The notes under the pieces were generated by a model, which saw only the letters and a program-made list of their open reading frames with translations, had not been told where the DNA came from and ran no database searches. A stretch of DNA of 42,501 bases from Methanobacteriota archaeon (GTDB lineage: Archaea; Halobacteriota; Methanosarcinia; Methanosarcinales; Methanogasteraceae), in contig JAYEGI010000099.1 of the NCBI GenBank assembly GCA_034659035.1, positions 1-42,501 on the forward strand, written 5' to 3'. Position numbers and translations under genes: made by a program. This document shows positions 17,873 through 28,217 of the stretch, piece by piece. Position 1 is the stretch's first letter; every line of letters begins with the position of its first letter.

Positions 17873-20377
17873 ATGGACGAAACCATATCACTACGGGAAC
17901 TTGTTGACGCGGGTGTAGTTCAAGCCATCCAGGATAGCTTTGCAAGGGCCGTCGGGGTCTCTTCTGTAATTTTTTTGCCAGATGGCGATGCTTTAACGCT
18001 TTTTAGCAATTCAATCAAATTTTGTACTCTGATCCAATCAACAAAAGAAGGGAGACGACGATGTTTCCAATCATTTGCAGAGATGAGTAAAAAGGCAACC
18101 AAGTTGAGCGAGCCTGAAATTATGTACTGCTTCGCGTACGGTGCTCATTTCGTCGCGCCGATCATTATCGATGGTGAGCGCAAAGCAACCATGTATGCAG
18201 GTCAATTCAGACCTGAGAAGTTCTCGCCCGAACAATTAAAAGAACTCGAAAAAATCGCTGTGGAGATCGGCCTGGACCCGGAACTACTCGTCAAAGAGGC
18301 AAAGAATATGCGTACGGTCGGAGACGCGGTGGCCATGGATTGTTTGCACTCGTTTTTCCGAACAGTGAAGGTTATTGCGGAACTTGGCGCGCAGGCGGTT
18401 GAACTTCGCCAGACGAAGGATGCGTTGCAGGATGCGTATGATGGGCTGGAGGTTCGTGTAGCGGAGCGCACCGCCGAACTCGCGGGAGCGAACGAGGAAC
18501 TGAGGCAAGAGGTTGCTGAGCGCAAAGCCGCTGAGGATGCGCTTCGTGAGAGCGAGGCTAAGTACCGCCTGTTCACAGAGACCTCAAAGGATATAATTAT
18601 ATCGTTTGACATGGATGGGCGTGTCACATACCTCAACCGAGCTGCGATAGAACTGGGTGGGTATAGTGAGGAAGATGCATTACAGATGAATATCACAGAT
18701 ATCCTGCCCGAAGACCAGCTCCCCGGATTCTATGAACGTCATTCTGTACGTACCTCTGGTGGAGCCGGGATCTTCCTTTTCGAAGTGGATTTCATCACCA
18801 AGGCAGGAGTGCGGCTATCGGTGGAAGTGAACTCCTCGCTGATTATAGAGGATGGTAGGCCATCGGGAATGTTTCTTGCCTGCCGCGACATCACCGAGCG
18901 AAAAGCTGCTAAGAAAGCGCTTCATGAGAGCGAAGAGAAATACCGCACCTTGATCGAGAATGTTCAAGATGGCGTATTCCTCGTCCAGGATGGGGAGCTT
19001 AAGTTTGTGAACGAGGCGTTTGCCAGAATATCCGGCTACACTGTGGAGGAGGTCCTCGGGATGGGTTTCGGGGAACTTGTTGCGCCCGAGGATCGGGCTA
19101 TGGTTGCTGATCGCTACGCCCGGATAATGACGGGGGAAGATGTGCCTATGGAATATGAGTTCCATGGCATCCGGAAGAACGAGGATACGCGAACTGCGGT
19201 CCACATAACTGTTGGGCTCATCGATTATCATGGCAAGCCGACAGCGATTGGAACGGTGAAGGATATAACCGGGAAAAAGCAGGCAGAGGATGCACTTCGG
19301 GAGAGCGAAGAAAAACTCCGCAGCATCGTCGAGCAGTCGGGGGATGGCATTGTGCTGGTAGACGAAGAGGGTACCATCAGCGAGTGGAACCCTGGGCAGG
19401 AGCGGATCACCGGGCTTTCGCGGGCAGAGGTGCTGGGAAGATCCCTGTGGGATGTCCAGTTCCAGATGGCTGCTAACGATCCGGATAATCCGGTAGTGTG
19501 TGAGCTGGTCAAAGCCGATGTGCTCAAAATCCTCGAGACCGGGCAATCAGAGTGGTTGGACCGGTTGGAGGAGAAAGTGGTTCGGCATCCGGATGGGGCA
19601 CGCCGTGTTATACAGGCAGCGGTATTCCCTATCAAGACTGATAAAGGATTCATGGCAGGTGCGATCTCCCGCGACATTACAGAGCGCAAAGCCGCAGAAG
19701 AGCGGATCAAACGATCCCTGCGAGAGAAAGACGTACTTATGCACGAGATACATCACCGCGTAAAGAACACCCTTCAGGTTGCATCAAGCTTACTTTCTAT
19801 GCAGGCGCGAACCACCTCGAATAAAGAAGCGATCGATGTGCTCTCCAAATCCCAGAGCAGAATAAATACTATGGCTCTTATGCACACTAAATTATATGAA
19901 AGTGATGACTTATCAGAACTGAATATGAATGAGTTTATAGGTACGTTGTCGGGGCAGTCGTTCCAGGGCTATCCGGTCTCGGACACAAAGATCACTCCTA
20001 TCATTAACGTGACTGATCGCAAGTTTCCGATCTCTGTCGGGCTGCATATCGGGCTGATCATCAACGAGCTGCTCTCAAACGCAATAGAACATGCTTTTGA
20101 TGGGAGGGGGGACGGGAAGATCGAGATCGGACTCACTGCATCAGACCGTGGCAGGGTCAATCTGAGGGTAAGCGATGACGGCGTTGGACTGCCACATGGA
20201 TTCGATATCAATACTACTAAAACACTTGGTCTCCACCTGGTAAAGATACTCGTTGAAGACCAGTTACAGGGAAAACTGGAGGTTATCAGCGATGCGGGAG
20301 TAACCTTTAATATGGAATTCGACATAGAGGGTAATGGGGGCAGTTCATACGGAGAAAAGAAGACTTCTGATCGTTGA
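17873..20377 (+). CDS. sensor histidine kinase with PocR-like sensor, coiled coil, three PAS domains, HisKA_2 and HATPase
   Basis: The track ORF starts at 17774. The ATG at 17873 follows GGAGGTG. The N-terminal PocR-like region contains FCTLIQSTKEGRRRC. Three PAS units each begin ESE(A/E)K(Y/L)R. HEIHHRVKNTLQ is a HisKA_2 H-box, and the C-terminus is an ATPase domain. Confidence 0.85.
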   Translation: MDETISLRELVDAGVVQAIQDSFARAVGVSSVIFLPDGDALTLFSNSIKFCTLIQSTKEGRRRCFQSFAEMSKKATKLSEPEIMYCFAYGAHFVAPIIIDGERKATMYAGQFRPEKFSPEQLKELEKIAVEIGLDPELLVKEAKNMRTVGDAVAMDCLHSFFRTVKVIAELGAQAVELRQTKDALQDAYDGLEVRVAERTAELAGANEELRQEVAERKAAEDALRESEAKYRLFTETSKDIIISFDMDGRVTYLNRAAIELGGYSEEDALQMNITDILPEDQLPGFYERHSVRTSGGAGIFLFEVDFITKAGVRLSVEVNSSLIIEDGRPSGMFLACRDITERKAAKKALHESEEKYRTLIENVQDGVFLVQDGELKFVNEAFARISGYTVEEVLGMGFGELVAPEDRAMVADRYARIMTGEDVPMEYEFHGIRKNEDTRTAVHITVGLIDYHGKPTAIGTVKDITGKKQAEDALRESEEKLRSIVEQSGDGIVLVDEEGTISEWNPGQERITGLSRAEVLGRSLWDVQFQMAANDPDNPVVCELVKADVLKILETGQSEWLDRLEEKVVRHPDGARRVIQAAVFPIKTDKGFMAGAISRDITERKAAEERIKRSLREKDVLMHEIHHRVKNTLQVASSLLSMQARTTSNKEAIDVLSKSQSRINTMALMHTKLYESDDLSELNMNEFIGTLSGQSFQGYPVSDTKITPIINVTDRKFPISVGLHIGLIINELLSNAIEHAFDGRGDGKIEIGLTASDRGRVNLRVSDDGVGLPHGFDINTTKTLGLHLVKILVEDQLQGKLEVISDAGVTFNMEFDIEGNGGSSYGEKKTSDR

Positions 20378-21842
20378 GGACGAAGCCATCGTAGCCGAAG
20401 ATCTGGAACTGGCTGTTACCAATATCGGCTACGACGTGGTAGGACGTGCGGTCAGTGCGGATGCTGCCGTAGATAAGGCGGTCAAACTGAATCCGGATCT
20501 GGTATTGATGGATATCGTCCTTCGAGGGGAGAAAAACGGCATAGATGCTTCTCAGGAGATAAAAGAGAAGATAGATATTCCTGTTATATTCCTAACAGCG
20601 TATTCGGATGTCGGGCTGATCGATAGAGCCAAGAGCACCGAGCCATACGCATACCTTGTCAAGCCATTTCAGGAGCGGCAACTCCTCGCATCCATCGAAA
20701 CGGCCCTTCACAAGAGCGGGATCGAGAAGCGGTTAGAGGAGAGTGAAGAATGGCTTACAACAACCCTTATGAGCATCGGTGATGCTGTGATCGCCACCGA
20801 TGGGGCTGGTTGTGTAAAGTCCATGAATCATGTTGCTGAGGGACTGACCGGATGGAAACAGGAGGATGCTGCCGGAAAGCCCCTTACGGATATCTTTAAG
20901 ATCATAAACAGGGAGACCGGCGAAGAGGCCGAGAATCCGGTAACAACGATACTTGAGGAAGGTGTCGCTGTCGATCTGGCCGACCAAACGATATTGATGG
21001 CAAAGGACGGAGCGAAGACACCGATCGATGATAGCTTTGCACCGATCAAAAATGATAAAGGTGGTATCATCGGCACTGTTCTGGCTTTCCGGGACATAAC
21101 CGATCGGAAACATGCAGAGGAGGAACGGGAGCGCCTCGTAAAAGAACTTGAAGCAAAGAACTCGGAGCTGGAGAGATTCACTTACACAGTCTCCCACGAC
21201 TTGAGATCGCCGCTCACCACTATTCAGGGCTTCGCAAACGTGCTCCGCATGGATCTGGAGAAGGGCGAGACCGAGAGGGTGGGAAAAAATCTGAAATACA
21301 TAGAAAATGGGATAATAAAGATGGCGCAGCTCTTAAACGACACGCTGGAACTTTCACGCATCGGTCGCGTTGCGAACCCATCCGAGGCCGTACCGTTCGG
21401 CAAACTCGTGTCAGAAGCACTGGAACAGACATCAGAGCAGATAAAATCAGGCGGGGTCGAAATATCGGTATCTGATGACTTGCCTGTGGTCTATGTGGAC
21501 CGGATGAAGATTGTTGAGGTGCTGGTAAACTTAATCGAGAACAGCATAAATTACATGGGCGAGGAGGCGCATCCGAGGGTAGATATCGGCTATCGCACTG
21601 ATGATGGTACTGATGGTGAAACCGTCTTCTTCGTGCGTGATAACGGTATGGGGATCGACCCGGACATGCACGAGAAGGTGTTCGAGCTATTTTACAAACT
21701 GGACCGGGGCACCAAAGGGACCGGCGCTGGTCTTGCCATCGTGAAACGAATAATCGAGGTGCACAGGGGGCGTATCTGGATAGAGTCTGAGAAGGGGGAT
21801 GGTTGCACAGTCTGCACAACACTACCTATTGCATCAGAATAG
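20334..21842 (+). CDS. hybrid response regulator-PAS-histidine kinase
   Basis: 502-aa ORF. Receiver domain (LLIVEDEAIVAEDLE, DLVLMDIVL, KPF), one PAS domain, H-box FTYTVSHDLRSPL, and ATPase G-boxes (VRDNGMGID, GTGAGLAIV). Overlaps the upstream kinase gene by 44 nt. Confidence 0.85.
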   Translation: MGAVHTEKRRLLIVEDEAIVAEDLELAVTNIGYDVVGRAVSADAAVDKAVKLNPDLVLMDIVLRGEKNGIDASQEIKEKIDIPVIFLTAYSDVGLIDRAKSTEPYAYLVKPFQERQLLASIETALHKSGIEKRLEESEEWLTTTLMSIGDAVIATDGAGCVKSMNHVAEGLTGWKQEDAAGKPLTDIFKIINRETGEEAENPVTTILEEGVAVDLADQTILMAKDGAKTPIDDSFAPIKNDKGGIIGTVLAFRDITDRKHAEEERERLVKELEAKNSELERFTYTVSHDLRSPLTTIQGFANVLRMDLEKGETERVGKNLKYIENGIIKMAQLLNDTLELSRIGRVANPSEAVPFGKLVSEALEQTSEQIKSGGVEISVSDDLPVVYVDRMKIVEVLVNLIENSINYMGEEAHPRVDIGYRTDDGTDGETVFFVRDNGMGIDPDMHEKVFELFYKLDRGTKGTGAGLAIVKRIIEVHRGRIWIESEKGDGCTVCTTLPIASE

Positions 21843-22370
21843 GCGATAAATGACAGGAAATACTATTTAACCCAAACTCATTCTGATTTGTGTAATATGA
21901 TGTTCTGCCTCTCCTAAAAATATGTGGGGCAGGTCTGAAGATAACTTTGACAACGTGTGTACGTGTCTTAAACACAGATGGGATATGACCCAAATTACAC
22001 CAATATGGCAGCGATTTCCCCTGCATTCGCGAGCATGGACAATGGACCAAGGCGGATCACAGTGATTCCCCATCTGAGTTTCTCTCCACTCTCCGCGGTT
22101 AAATTCCCTTTAGTTCCAGTAGGTCCCGGGCAAGGTGGTACCTGTATAGCGAAGAGCCAGTTGTCAGGATCAATCCATACGATTCGCAAACGTGTGCATT
22201 CGTATTTGGTACAGCACCCTGTAGCTTGGCGGCCCGTTGACGCGCAAAGTATATAACGATCTGCTACGTTCTGTGCATAGAACCCAGGCTAAAATCGATG
22301 CAAATTCTGATTGACATGACATTTACACTTTTAGAAACACGCGGTCCTGCCGTCCATCGATGTACCGAAC

Positions 22371-22487
22371 ATGCGAATGGTCGATCAGATTTACGACGAA
22401 TGCGCGGACGTAAATGGGGACGACGCGGTGAACTCACTGGACGCACTGATGATCCTGCAGGCAGCGGCAAGTTCAATCACGGTATGA
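22371..22487 (+). pseudogene. 38-codon remnant encoding a single dockerin-type repeat
   Basis: Translation is MRMVDQIYDECADVNGDDAVNSLDALMILQAAASSITV. DVNGDDAVNSLDALMIL is a classical dockerin Ca-binding repeat. The frame is closed a few codons upstream of the ATG, so it is probably the 3' relic of a larger gene. Confidence 0.35.
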
Positions 22488-22521
22488 CCTGAAAAAGATC
22501 ATTTGGACTTGTAAAACAGCA

Positions 22522-22557
22522 GTGCCCGCAAACCCGGGCACCTCTCTTATTTTTTTA
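22522..22557 (+). terminator. hairpin plus oligo-T tract
   Basis: GTGCCCG CAAACC CGGGCAC (22522-22541) is followed by CTCTCTTATTTTTTTATT. Oligo-T is the usual archaeal termination signal. Confidence 0.35.
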
Positions 22558-22566
22558 TTGCGATTA

Positions 22567-22651
22567 CGCCGAGAGTGAGATTCGAACTCACGCGGCGCAG
22601 AGCACCACTGGTTTTCAAGACCAGCGCCGTAGTCCGCTTGGCTATCTCGGC
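22567..22651 (-). tRNA. tRNA-Ser (anticodon UGA)
   Basis: Hand-folded on the minus strand. Acceptor GCCGAGA/TCTCGGC with discriminator G. Anticodon stem CTGGT/ACCAG with loop CTTGAAA. Long variable arm GGTGC-TCT-GCGCC. T arm GTGAG-TTCGAAT-CTCAC. No encoded CCA. Confidence 0.95.
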
Positions 22652-22681
22652 AACAGGTGGACATTGCCCTGCTCGGTTATA

Positions 22682-24106
22682 TCACTTTCTCCAGAAATCG
22701 GGGATCAGCAGCACAAGCACAGTGAATACCTCGAGTCTGCCGATCCACATGCAGAGAGCCAGTACCAGTTTTCCGATCGGATGAATGCCATCGAAATTCG
22801 CAGCAGGACCGATGATGTTAAATCCAGGTCCCACGTTTCCGATCGTGGTTGCAGCAGCACTCGTTGCGCTGACAATATCCATGCCAAGGATGCTCAGGAT
22901 CAGTGAAGCGACTGCAAATATGAAGATATAGAGGATGAAGAATGATAATATTGCCCCCATCACACCCTGCGGCACCATCTGCCTTCCGAGCCGGATTGGC
23001 AGGATCGCTTTTGGGTGCAGCAATCTGAACAACTCGCGGTACCCGTATTTGATCAGTAGCAGCACCCGTACAACTTTCGGCCCGCCGCCGGTCGATCCGG
23101 CACATCCGCCGATGAACATGAGCAGGAACAGTACCATCTTGCAGGCATTGGGCCATGCATCAAAGTCTGCTGTTGCAAAACCGGTGGTCGTGATGACTGA
23201 TACCACCTGGAACAATCCGAGCCGGATCGAATCGAATCCATGGGTAGTCCACAGCACAAGCGCAATCAGCAGCGTTGCGCAGAATACGATGCAAGTATAC
23301 AGTCGAAACTCCGAATCTCGAAAGAGATGTCCGGCCCCAACACGCAGCACCCAGTAGTGCAGCGCAAAGTTAGCGCCTGCAACGAACATGAAAAATATCA
23401 CGATGTATTCGATCAGGGGGCTGTGGAAGAACGCTATACTCTCGGAATGCGGCGAAAATCCGCCTGTCGACATCGTGCTGAATGTGGTGCAGAGCGCGTC
23501 ATAAAACGTCATTCCGCTTAGCCAGAGTAGAAACACCTCAACAGCAGAAAACCCGACATAAACCGACCAGAGGATCTTTGCGGTCTGGCTGAGTCTCGGG
23601 CTCAGTTTATCGCCGATAGGATCCGGCACCTCCGCGCGGAACATATCGCGTCCTGCAACCGCAAGTTTCGGAAGGATTGCAAGGAAGAGCACGATGATCC
23701 CCATGCCGCCGAGCCACTGGGTGAAACTGCGCCAGAATAGCAGACTCTTCGAATACTCCTCGATGGCAGGCAGTATCGTCGAACCAGTGGTGGTGAACCC
23801 TGCCATCGACTCAAATAGTGCATCCATCGGGGAGATACCGCTTAATACGTATGGCAGCGATCCGAACAGCGCTACCGAGAACCAGCCGAGGGCAACGATA
23901 GCGAAACTCTCTCTTATTTGAATATCGTCGATTTCATGCGTTTTCAGTCCGGAAACGATTCCAACTACAAATGTTATGACCGCGGAGATCAGGAAGGGGT
24001 TGTAATTATCACCATGACAGAACGCGACTACGAGCGGAACCAGCATCGTCATTCCGAGAAATCGCAGTACCGCGCCTATGAGATTGACGATGGCATTATA
24101 ATTCAT
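22682..24106 (-). CDS. trkH: TrkH-family potassium uptake membrane protein
   Basis: 474-aa polytopic membrane ORF with repeated pore-loop-like motifs (GFTTTGST, TMSTGGFS, TTTGFAT, IGNVGPG) characteristic of the TrkH/KtrB family. Confidence 0.9.
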   Translation of the reverse strand: MNYNAIVNLIGAVLRFLGMTMLVPLVVAFCHGDNYNPFLISAVITFVVGIVSGLKTHEIDDIQIRESFAIVALGWFSVALFGSLPYVLSGISPMDALFESMAGFTTTGSTILPAIEEYSKSLLFWRSFTQWLGGMGIIVLFLAILPKLAVAGRDMFRAEVPDPIGDKLSPRLSQTAKILWSVYVGFSAVEVFLLWLSGMTFYDALCTTFSTMSTGGFSPHSESIAFFHSPLIEYIVIFFMFVAGANFALHYWVLRVGAGHLFRDSEFRLYTCIVFCATLLIALVLWTTHGFDSIRLGLFQVVSVITTTGFATADFDAWPNACKMVLFLLMFIGGCAGSTGGGPKVVRVLLLIKYGYRELFRLLHPKAILPIRLGRQMVPQGVMGAILSFFILYIFIFAVASLILSILGMDIVSATSAAATTIGNVGPGFNIIGPAANFDGIHPIGKLVLALCMWIGRLEVFTVLVLLIPDFWRK

Positions 24107-24121
24107 GTTTGATCGGTTTCA

Positions 24122-24511
24122 CTAGTCTATACCGACGATCCGTACCGTAAGCTTACGATTCCTTGGACCATCCAGTTCCACGAAAAAGACGCTCTGCCAG
24201 GTGCCAAGAGCTAGTTTCCCATTCTCGATTGGCATACACGCGTTATTCCCAAGAACAACCGCCTGCAGATGCGAACGTGCATTATTGTCGATCCGGTCAT
24301 GCGCGTACTCCCCCTGCGGAACCGTGAGATTCAGTAATTTTGATATATCTTCTTTGAGTCCGGGCTCATTCTCATTTATGATGATCGCTGTTGTGGTGTG
24401 TGGGCTGTATGCCATTGCCATGCCAGTCCTGATTCCTGCATCGGCGACCTCCTTATTTAACGATGCCGTGATATCGATGAGTTGTATACGACTGGTTGTC
24501 TGGATATCCAT
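24122..24511 (-). CDS. yjbQ: YjbQ/UPF0047 family protein (secondary thiamine-phosphate synthase-like)
   Basis: 129-aa ORF. SPHTTTAIIINENEPGL, HDRIDNNARSHL and LALGTWQSVFFVELDGPR match the YjbQ family. Confidence 0.85.
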   Translation of the reverse strand: MDIQTTSRIQLIDITASLNKEVADAGIRTGMAMAYSPHTTTAIIINENEPGLKEDISKLLNLTVPQGEYAHDRIDNNARSHLQAVVLGNNACMPIENGKLALGTWQSVFFVELDGPRNRKLTVRIVGID

Positions 24512-25389
24512 ATCTTAATCTGCTTTTGCTCGCTGGATTGTAAAGTTTTTGGCGGTAGATGGTCTCACAGCTTATGCTGTTACCGGATCTCCAGAGACTT
24601 CCAGGACTTCACAAGCAGTGTATGGGGTAAGTGTGGGGATGTCCGAAGGAGGTCGGGACCTGCAGAAGGTTTAAATATGATCGAGTATTCCGATTGTATG
24701 ACATATTAGCATTATGCCATAGTATATCAGGAATTACTGTTGATTATCCGCACAATACCGCCATACTAATGCATAAACAGCATGATCAGGATAGACACCA
24801 CATACCCCTATCCACACAACCCACGCTAATACCCGCTACCTCTTGAAGAAGTCATAGCCGGCATCAAGTTAATTTATATTCATTTATTTTTGTAATCATA
24901 TTCTCATTATATGATATAGTAAGTACAACCCTCTACGTAAACGCCATTGGTTATGAATACAAAACGAACAAGCTCCTTAGGTGGACCGTCCACAATTTTG
25001 GTGTGATAGGTATTGCCGGTGTGAAGATAGGTGTGACACTGGTTGCTCTGGCTGCGGTTTACCAGATCACAGCGAATGGCATCCATCTCAGACAAAATGG
25101 AGTGAAAAAAAAGTTTTATGACGTTTATCCTGGAGTAATATTAAATACTGCTTATGCGAGTACCTCAAACATTTCCACAATACTCTGAAATGGTTCTTTT
25201 TATCTTTTAGATTTAAATGACGCGCAAATAGTACTGTTACTGGCATTTCTACCGTTGTCTGTGGCGTTATTTTTTGACAAATCATAAAGGCACACGCTCT
25301 GTAAAGCTTACACCGCCTGACAGAGCGCAAGGTATTTCAACATAGCGCAACAATGCCACTCTATGAAAACATACGGAGTTCGCATCTGA

Positions 25390-25668
25390 ATGAATTTGAA
25401 AATCCTTAACAAAACAGATACTGAACTGGAAATGGAGATCGCCGGTGAGACGCATACCCTGTTAAACCTCTTAAAAACGATTCTTCTGGAAGATGATACC
25501 GTCGAGATCGCTACGTATGACCTCAAGTATCTCGGCATCAGCGAACCGATCATGTATGTGCGCACAAACGGAAAGGACCCGGTACAGGCGATGCGGAGTG
25601 CACTCCATACAATGGTCGCGATATGTGATGAATTCAAAAGTGTGTTTGCAGGTTCGGTCGATATATGA
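25390..25668 (+). CDS. rpoL: DNA-directed RNA polymerase subunit L (Rpo11)
   Basis: 92-aa ORF. LKILNKTDTELEMEIAGETHTLLNLLKTILLEDD and YDLKYLGISEPIMYVRT are typical of archaeal RpoL. Confidence 0.85.
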   Translation: MNLKILNKTDTELEMEIAGETHTLLNLLKTILLEDDTVEIATYDLKYLGISEPIMYVRTNGKDPVQAMRSALHTMVAICDEFKSVFAGSVDI

Positions 25669-25710
25669 TGCGAAGGTTTTATCAATACGCGCATACCAGT
25701 GAGAGAATCA

Positions 25711-26055
25711 ATGAGTGAAAGCGAAATCCTTGGGCAGATCAAACAGGCAGAAGCAGATGCCAATGCGATTGTTAAGCAGGCTCATATAGACCGGAAAAAG
25801 GCAGTTGTGGCTGCAAAGGATGAGGCGCGTAAGATACTAAGTGCTGCAGAGGAGCGCGCCAATGGCCATGCAACCCATCTGCTGGAGACTGCAAAAGAGC
25901 AGATATCAGAAGAGCGCCAGAAGATCGTTCTTCAGGGAAGGAGTGACGCGGATAAGCTTTTGGAGACTGCGTCGGGAAAGATCAGTGACGCGGTCGATTT
26001 TCTACTTGTTGAATTTGAGAAGGTAGTTCATGCTAAAACCGAAGCAGATGAGTAA
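25711..26055 (+). CDS. atpH: A-type ATP synthase subunit H
   Basis: The ATG at 25711 (MSESEILGQIKQAEADANAIV) lies within the track ORF 25699..26055. It is a small, charged coiled-coil protein directly upstream of subunit I, overlapping it by 26 nt. Confidence 0.75.
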   Translation: MSESEILGQIKQAEADANAIVKQAHIDRKKAVVAAKDEARKILSAAEERANGHATHLLETAKEQISEERQKIVLQGRSDADKLLETASGKISDAVDFLLVEFEKVVHAKTEADE

Positions 26056-27958
26056 GGTGCTCCTGACCGGGCATAAGGATGTTCTTGAGCCAACCATCGA
26101 GACACTGCATGACCTACATGCACTGCATATCGAGGAATATGTAGGAGAGGATTATTTTCATATCGGAACGCCACTATCCGGTGCTGATGAAGGTTCGAAG
26201 AAACTCTTGAAACTGCGTTCGATCGCGAGTTTTCTCGGGATCAAAAAACCATATCATAAGCCGATCAATGCAAGCCAGCTATCAGCTGAACTCGAAGGGA
26301 AGCTCGAAACACTTGGCGACATGGTATCAGGGAAACTGGGACGAAAATCGCAGATCGAGGCGGACTTAAAGGACGTGCAGACGGAGATACACGAGATCGA
26401 GGAGTTTTCCGGGATTACTGTGAATTTAGACCTCTGCAGAGGGTATAACACGCTTCATGTCTTTGCCGGAACTGTCGGGAAAGGAGCGGATATTCGGGCA
26501 GGGCTTACAGGTATCACGGATGAGTATCAGTTCATCACAGGTAACACAGGCGTTTTCATATTAACAGTCCCGGTCAAGTACAGGGAGCAGGTAACAGAAC
26601 TGTTAGTCGAATACGAGTTTGGTGAGGTCAAGATACCTGCAATCTCGGGCATACCTGACGACCTGATAAACGAACTTACGAGCAGGCAGGATTCACTTAC
26701 AAAGGATCTCGAGTTGCTATCTTCAGAGATCAACTCTGTGAAAATGGAGTACGAGGATTTCATCCTTGCGAGCGAGGAGTTGTTATCCATCGAGACGCAG
26801 AAGAAGGAGACGCCGCTGGTCATTGCAACATCAGAGCATACATTCGTGATCGATGGATGGATTCCGAAGGATGAGTTCGAGACCATGAGATCTAAGGTAG
26901 GCGAAGCGACCGACAACCGGGTTTATGCAACGATTGTGGAAGAGCCGGTCGACGAAGCGAGCGTCCCGATCGAATACGACAACCCAAAGATCGTGAAGCC
27001 GATGGAAGCGGTCATGAATCTCTATGCCCGCCCGAAATACCACGAGATCGATCCAACTACTTTTGTGTTCATCGCATTCCCGCTATTTTACGGGATGATT
27101 CTTGGAGATCTCGGGTATGGATTGATACTACTCGGGATATCTCTTTATGGCAGGTCAAAACTGCACGGAGAAGGATGGAACTCGCTTTTCACAGTCCTGA
27201 TCTATTGCAACATAGTTACGTTAATCTTCGGGATATTATACGCAGAATTCCTTGGATTCGCGCTTGCAGGGCATGTTATCGAAGGGCATCATGTTGCAGG
27301 ATTGATTCCGGGGTGGGAAACCATTCCACTCTTTGCGGGTCTGGGTGATGAGATGATCACCTATCCGATCCACAGGACGCACCTCGTAACCACCCTTCTT
27401 GTCCTGACCATCCTAATCGGTGTGATACATATCAACATAGGGCTTATCGCTGGGTTTCGAAATGTACTTACGAAACACGGCATGAAAGCGGCGGTACTCG
27501 AAAAGGCCGCATGGATCGTGCTGCAAGTCGGCATATTCCTTCTACTCTTCGGAATGATGGGAGTTGTCTCGAGTATGCTGCCGGGCGCAGTCATATTCGT
27601 CCTTGCAGTCATCATGCTGGTCGCAGGAGAGGGTGGTACCGCTATCATCGAGATACCATCCGTCCTGAGTAACACCCTTTCATACTCAAGGTTGCTTGCG
27701 GTCGGTCTATCGTCGATCGGCATCGCAACAGCGGTCAATACCATGTCTGAAATTATGTTTGAAAGCGGCGGGGTCTTCATAGTCGTTGCCGTGATCATAT
27801 TCATACTCGGACACGGGCTTAATACCGCACTTAGCATAATCGCCCCTGGACTGCATGCACTCAGGTTGCAGTACGTGGAATTCTTTACCAAGTTCTACGA
27901 AGGCGGGGGCAGAATATATAATCCATTCGGATACAAAAGAATATACACAGAGGAATAA
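26030..27958 (+). CDS. atpI: A-type ATP synthase subunit I (a-subunit homologue)
   Basis: 642-aa ORF. Soluble N-terminal half, then a multi-TM C-terminal half with SYSRLLAVGLSS and LHALRLQYVEFF motifs typical of V/A-type subunit I. Confidence 0.9.
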   Translation: MLKPKQMSKVLLTGHKDVLEPTIETLHDLHALHIEEYVGEDYFHIGTPLSGADEGSKKLLKLRSIASFLGIKKPYHKPINASQLSAELEGKLETLGDMVSGKLGRKSQIEADLKDVQTEIHEIEEFSGITVNLDLCRGYNTLHVFAGTVGKGADIRAGLTGITDEYQFITGNTGVFILTVPVKYREQVTELLVEYEFGEVKIPAISGIPDDLINELTSRQDSLTKDLELLSSEINSVKMEYEDFILASEELLSIETQKKETPLVIATSEHTFVIDGWIPKDEFETMRSKVGEATDNRVYATIVEEPVDEASVPIEYDNPKIVKPMEAVMNLYARPKYHEIDPTTFVFIAFPLFYGMILGDLGYGLILLGISLYGRSKLHGEGWNSLFTVLIYCNIVTLIFGILYAEFLGFALAGHVIEGHHVAGLIPGWETIPLFAGLGDEMITYPIHRTHLVTTLLVLTILIGVIHINIGLIAGFRNVLTKHGMKAAVLEKAAWIVLQVGIFLLLFGMMGVVSSMLPGAVIFVLAVIMLVAGEGGTAIIEIPSVLSNTLSYSRLLAVGLSSIGIATAVNTMSEIMFESGGVFIVVAVIIFILGHGLNTALSIIAPGLHALRLQYVEFFTKFYEGGGRIYNPFGYKRIYTEE

Positions 27959-27960
27959 AA

Positions 27961-28215
27961 ATGACAATAGATATAGCAGCAGCATCAATTGAACAGCTGG
28001 CAGCAAACCAGACCGGCTTAATCGCAATCGGCGCAGGACTCGCAGTCGGACTCGCGGGGCTCGGCTCGGGTCTTGCAGAGAAGGATATCGGCTCTGCAGC
28101 GGTCGGGGCATTTACCGAGAAAGAGGAACTCTTTGGTAAGGGTCTTATCATGACTGTTATTCCGGAGACGATTGTTATCTTCGGTTTCGTTATTGCGATC
28201 ATGATGCTATTGTGA
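27961..28215 (+). CDS. atpK: A-type ATP synthase subunit K (proteolipid c)
   Basis: 84-aa ORF. Gly-rich helix GAGLAVGLAGLGSGLA and a second helix with the carboxylate in VIPETIVIFG. Confidence 0.9.
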   Translation: MTIDIAAASIEQLAANQTGLIAIGAGLAVGLAGLGSGLAEKDIGSAAVGAFTEKEELFGKGLIMTVIPETIVIFGFVIAIMMLL

Positions 28216-28217
28216 TC

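Noticed and set aside
20334-20377. A 44-nt overlap between the two sensor kinase genes, considered as a possible frameshift or fusion
   Set aside because: Both ORFs are complete with their own domain sets. The overlap is compatible with translational coupling or a slightly later start of the second gene.
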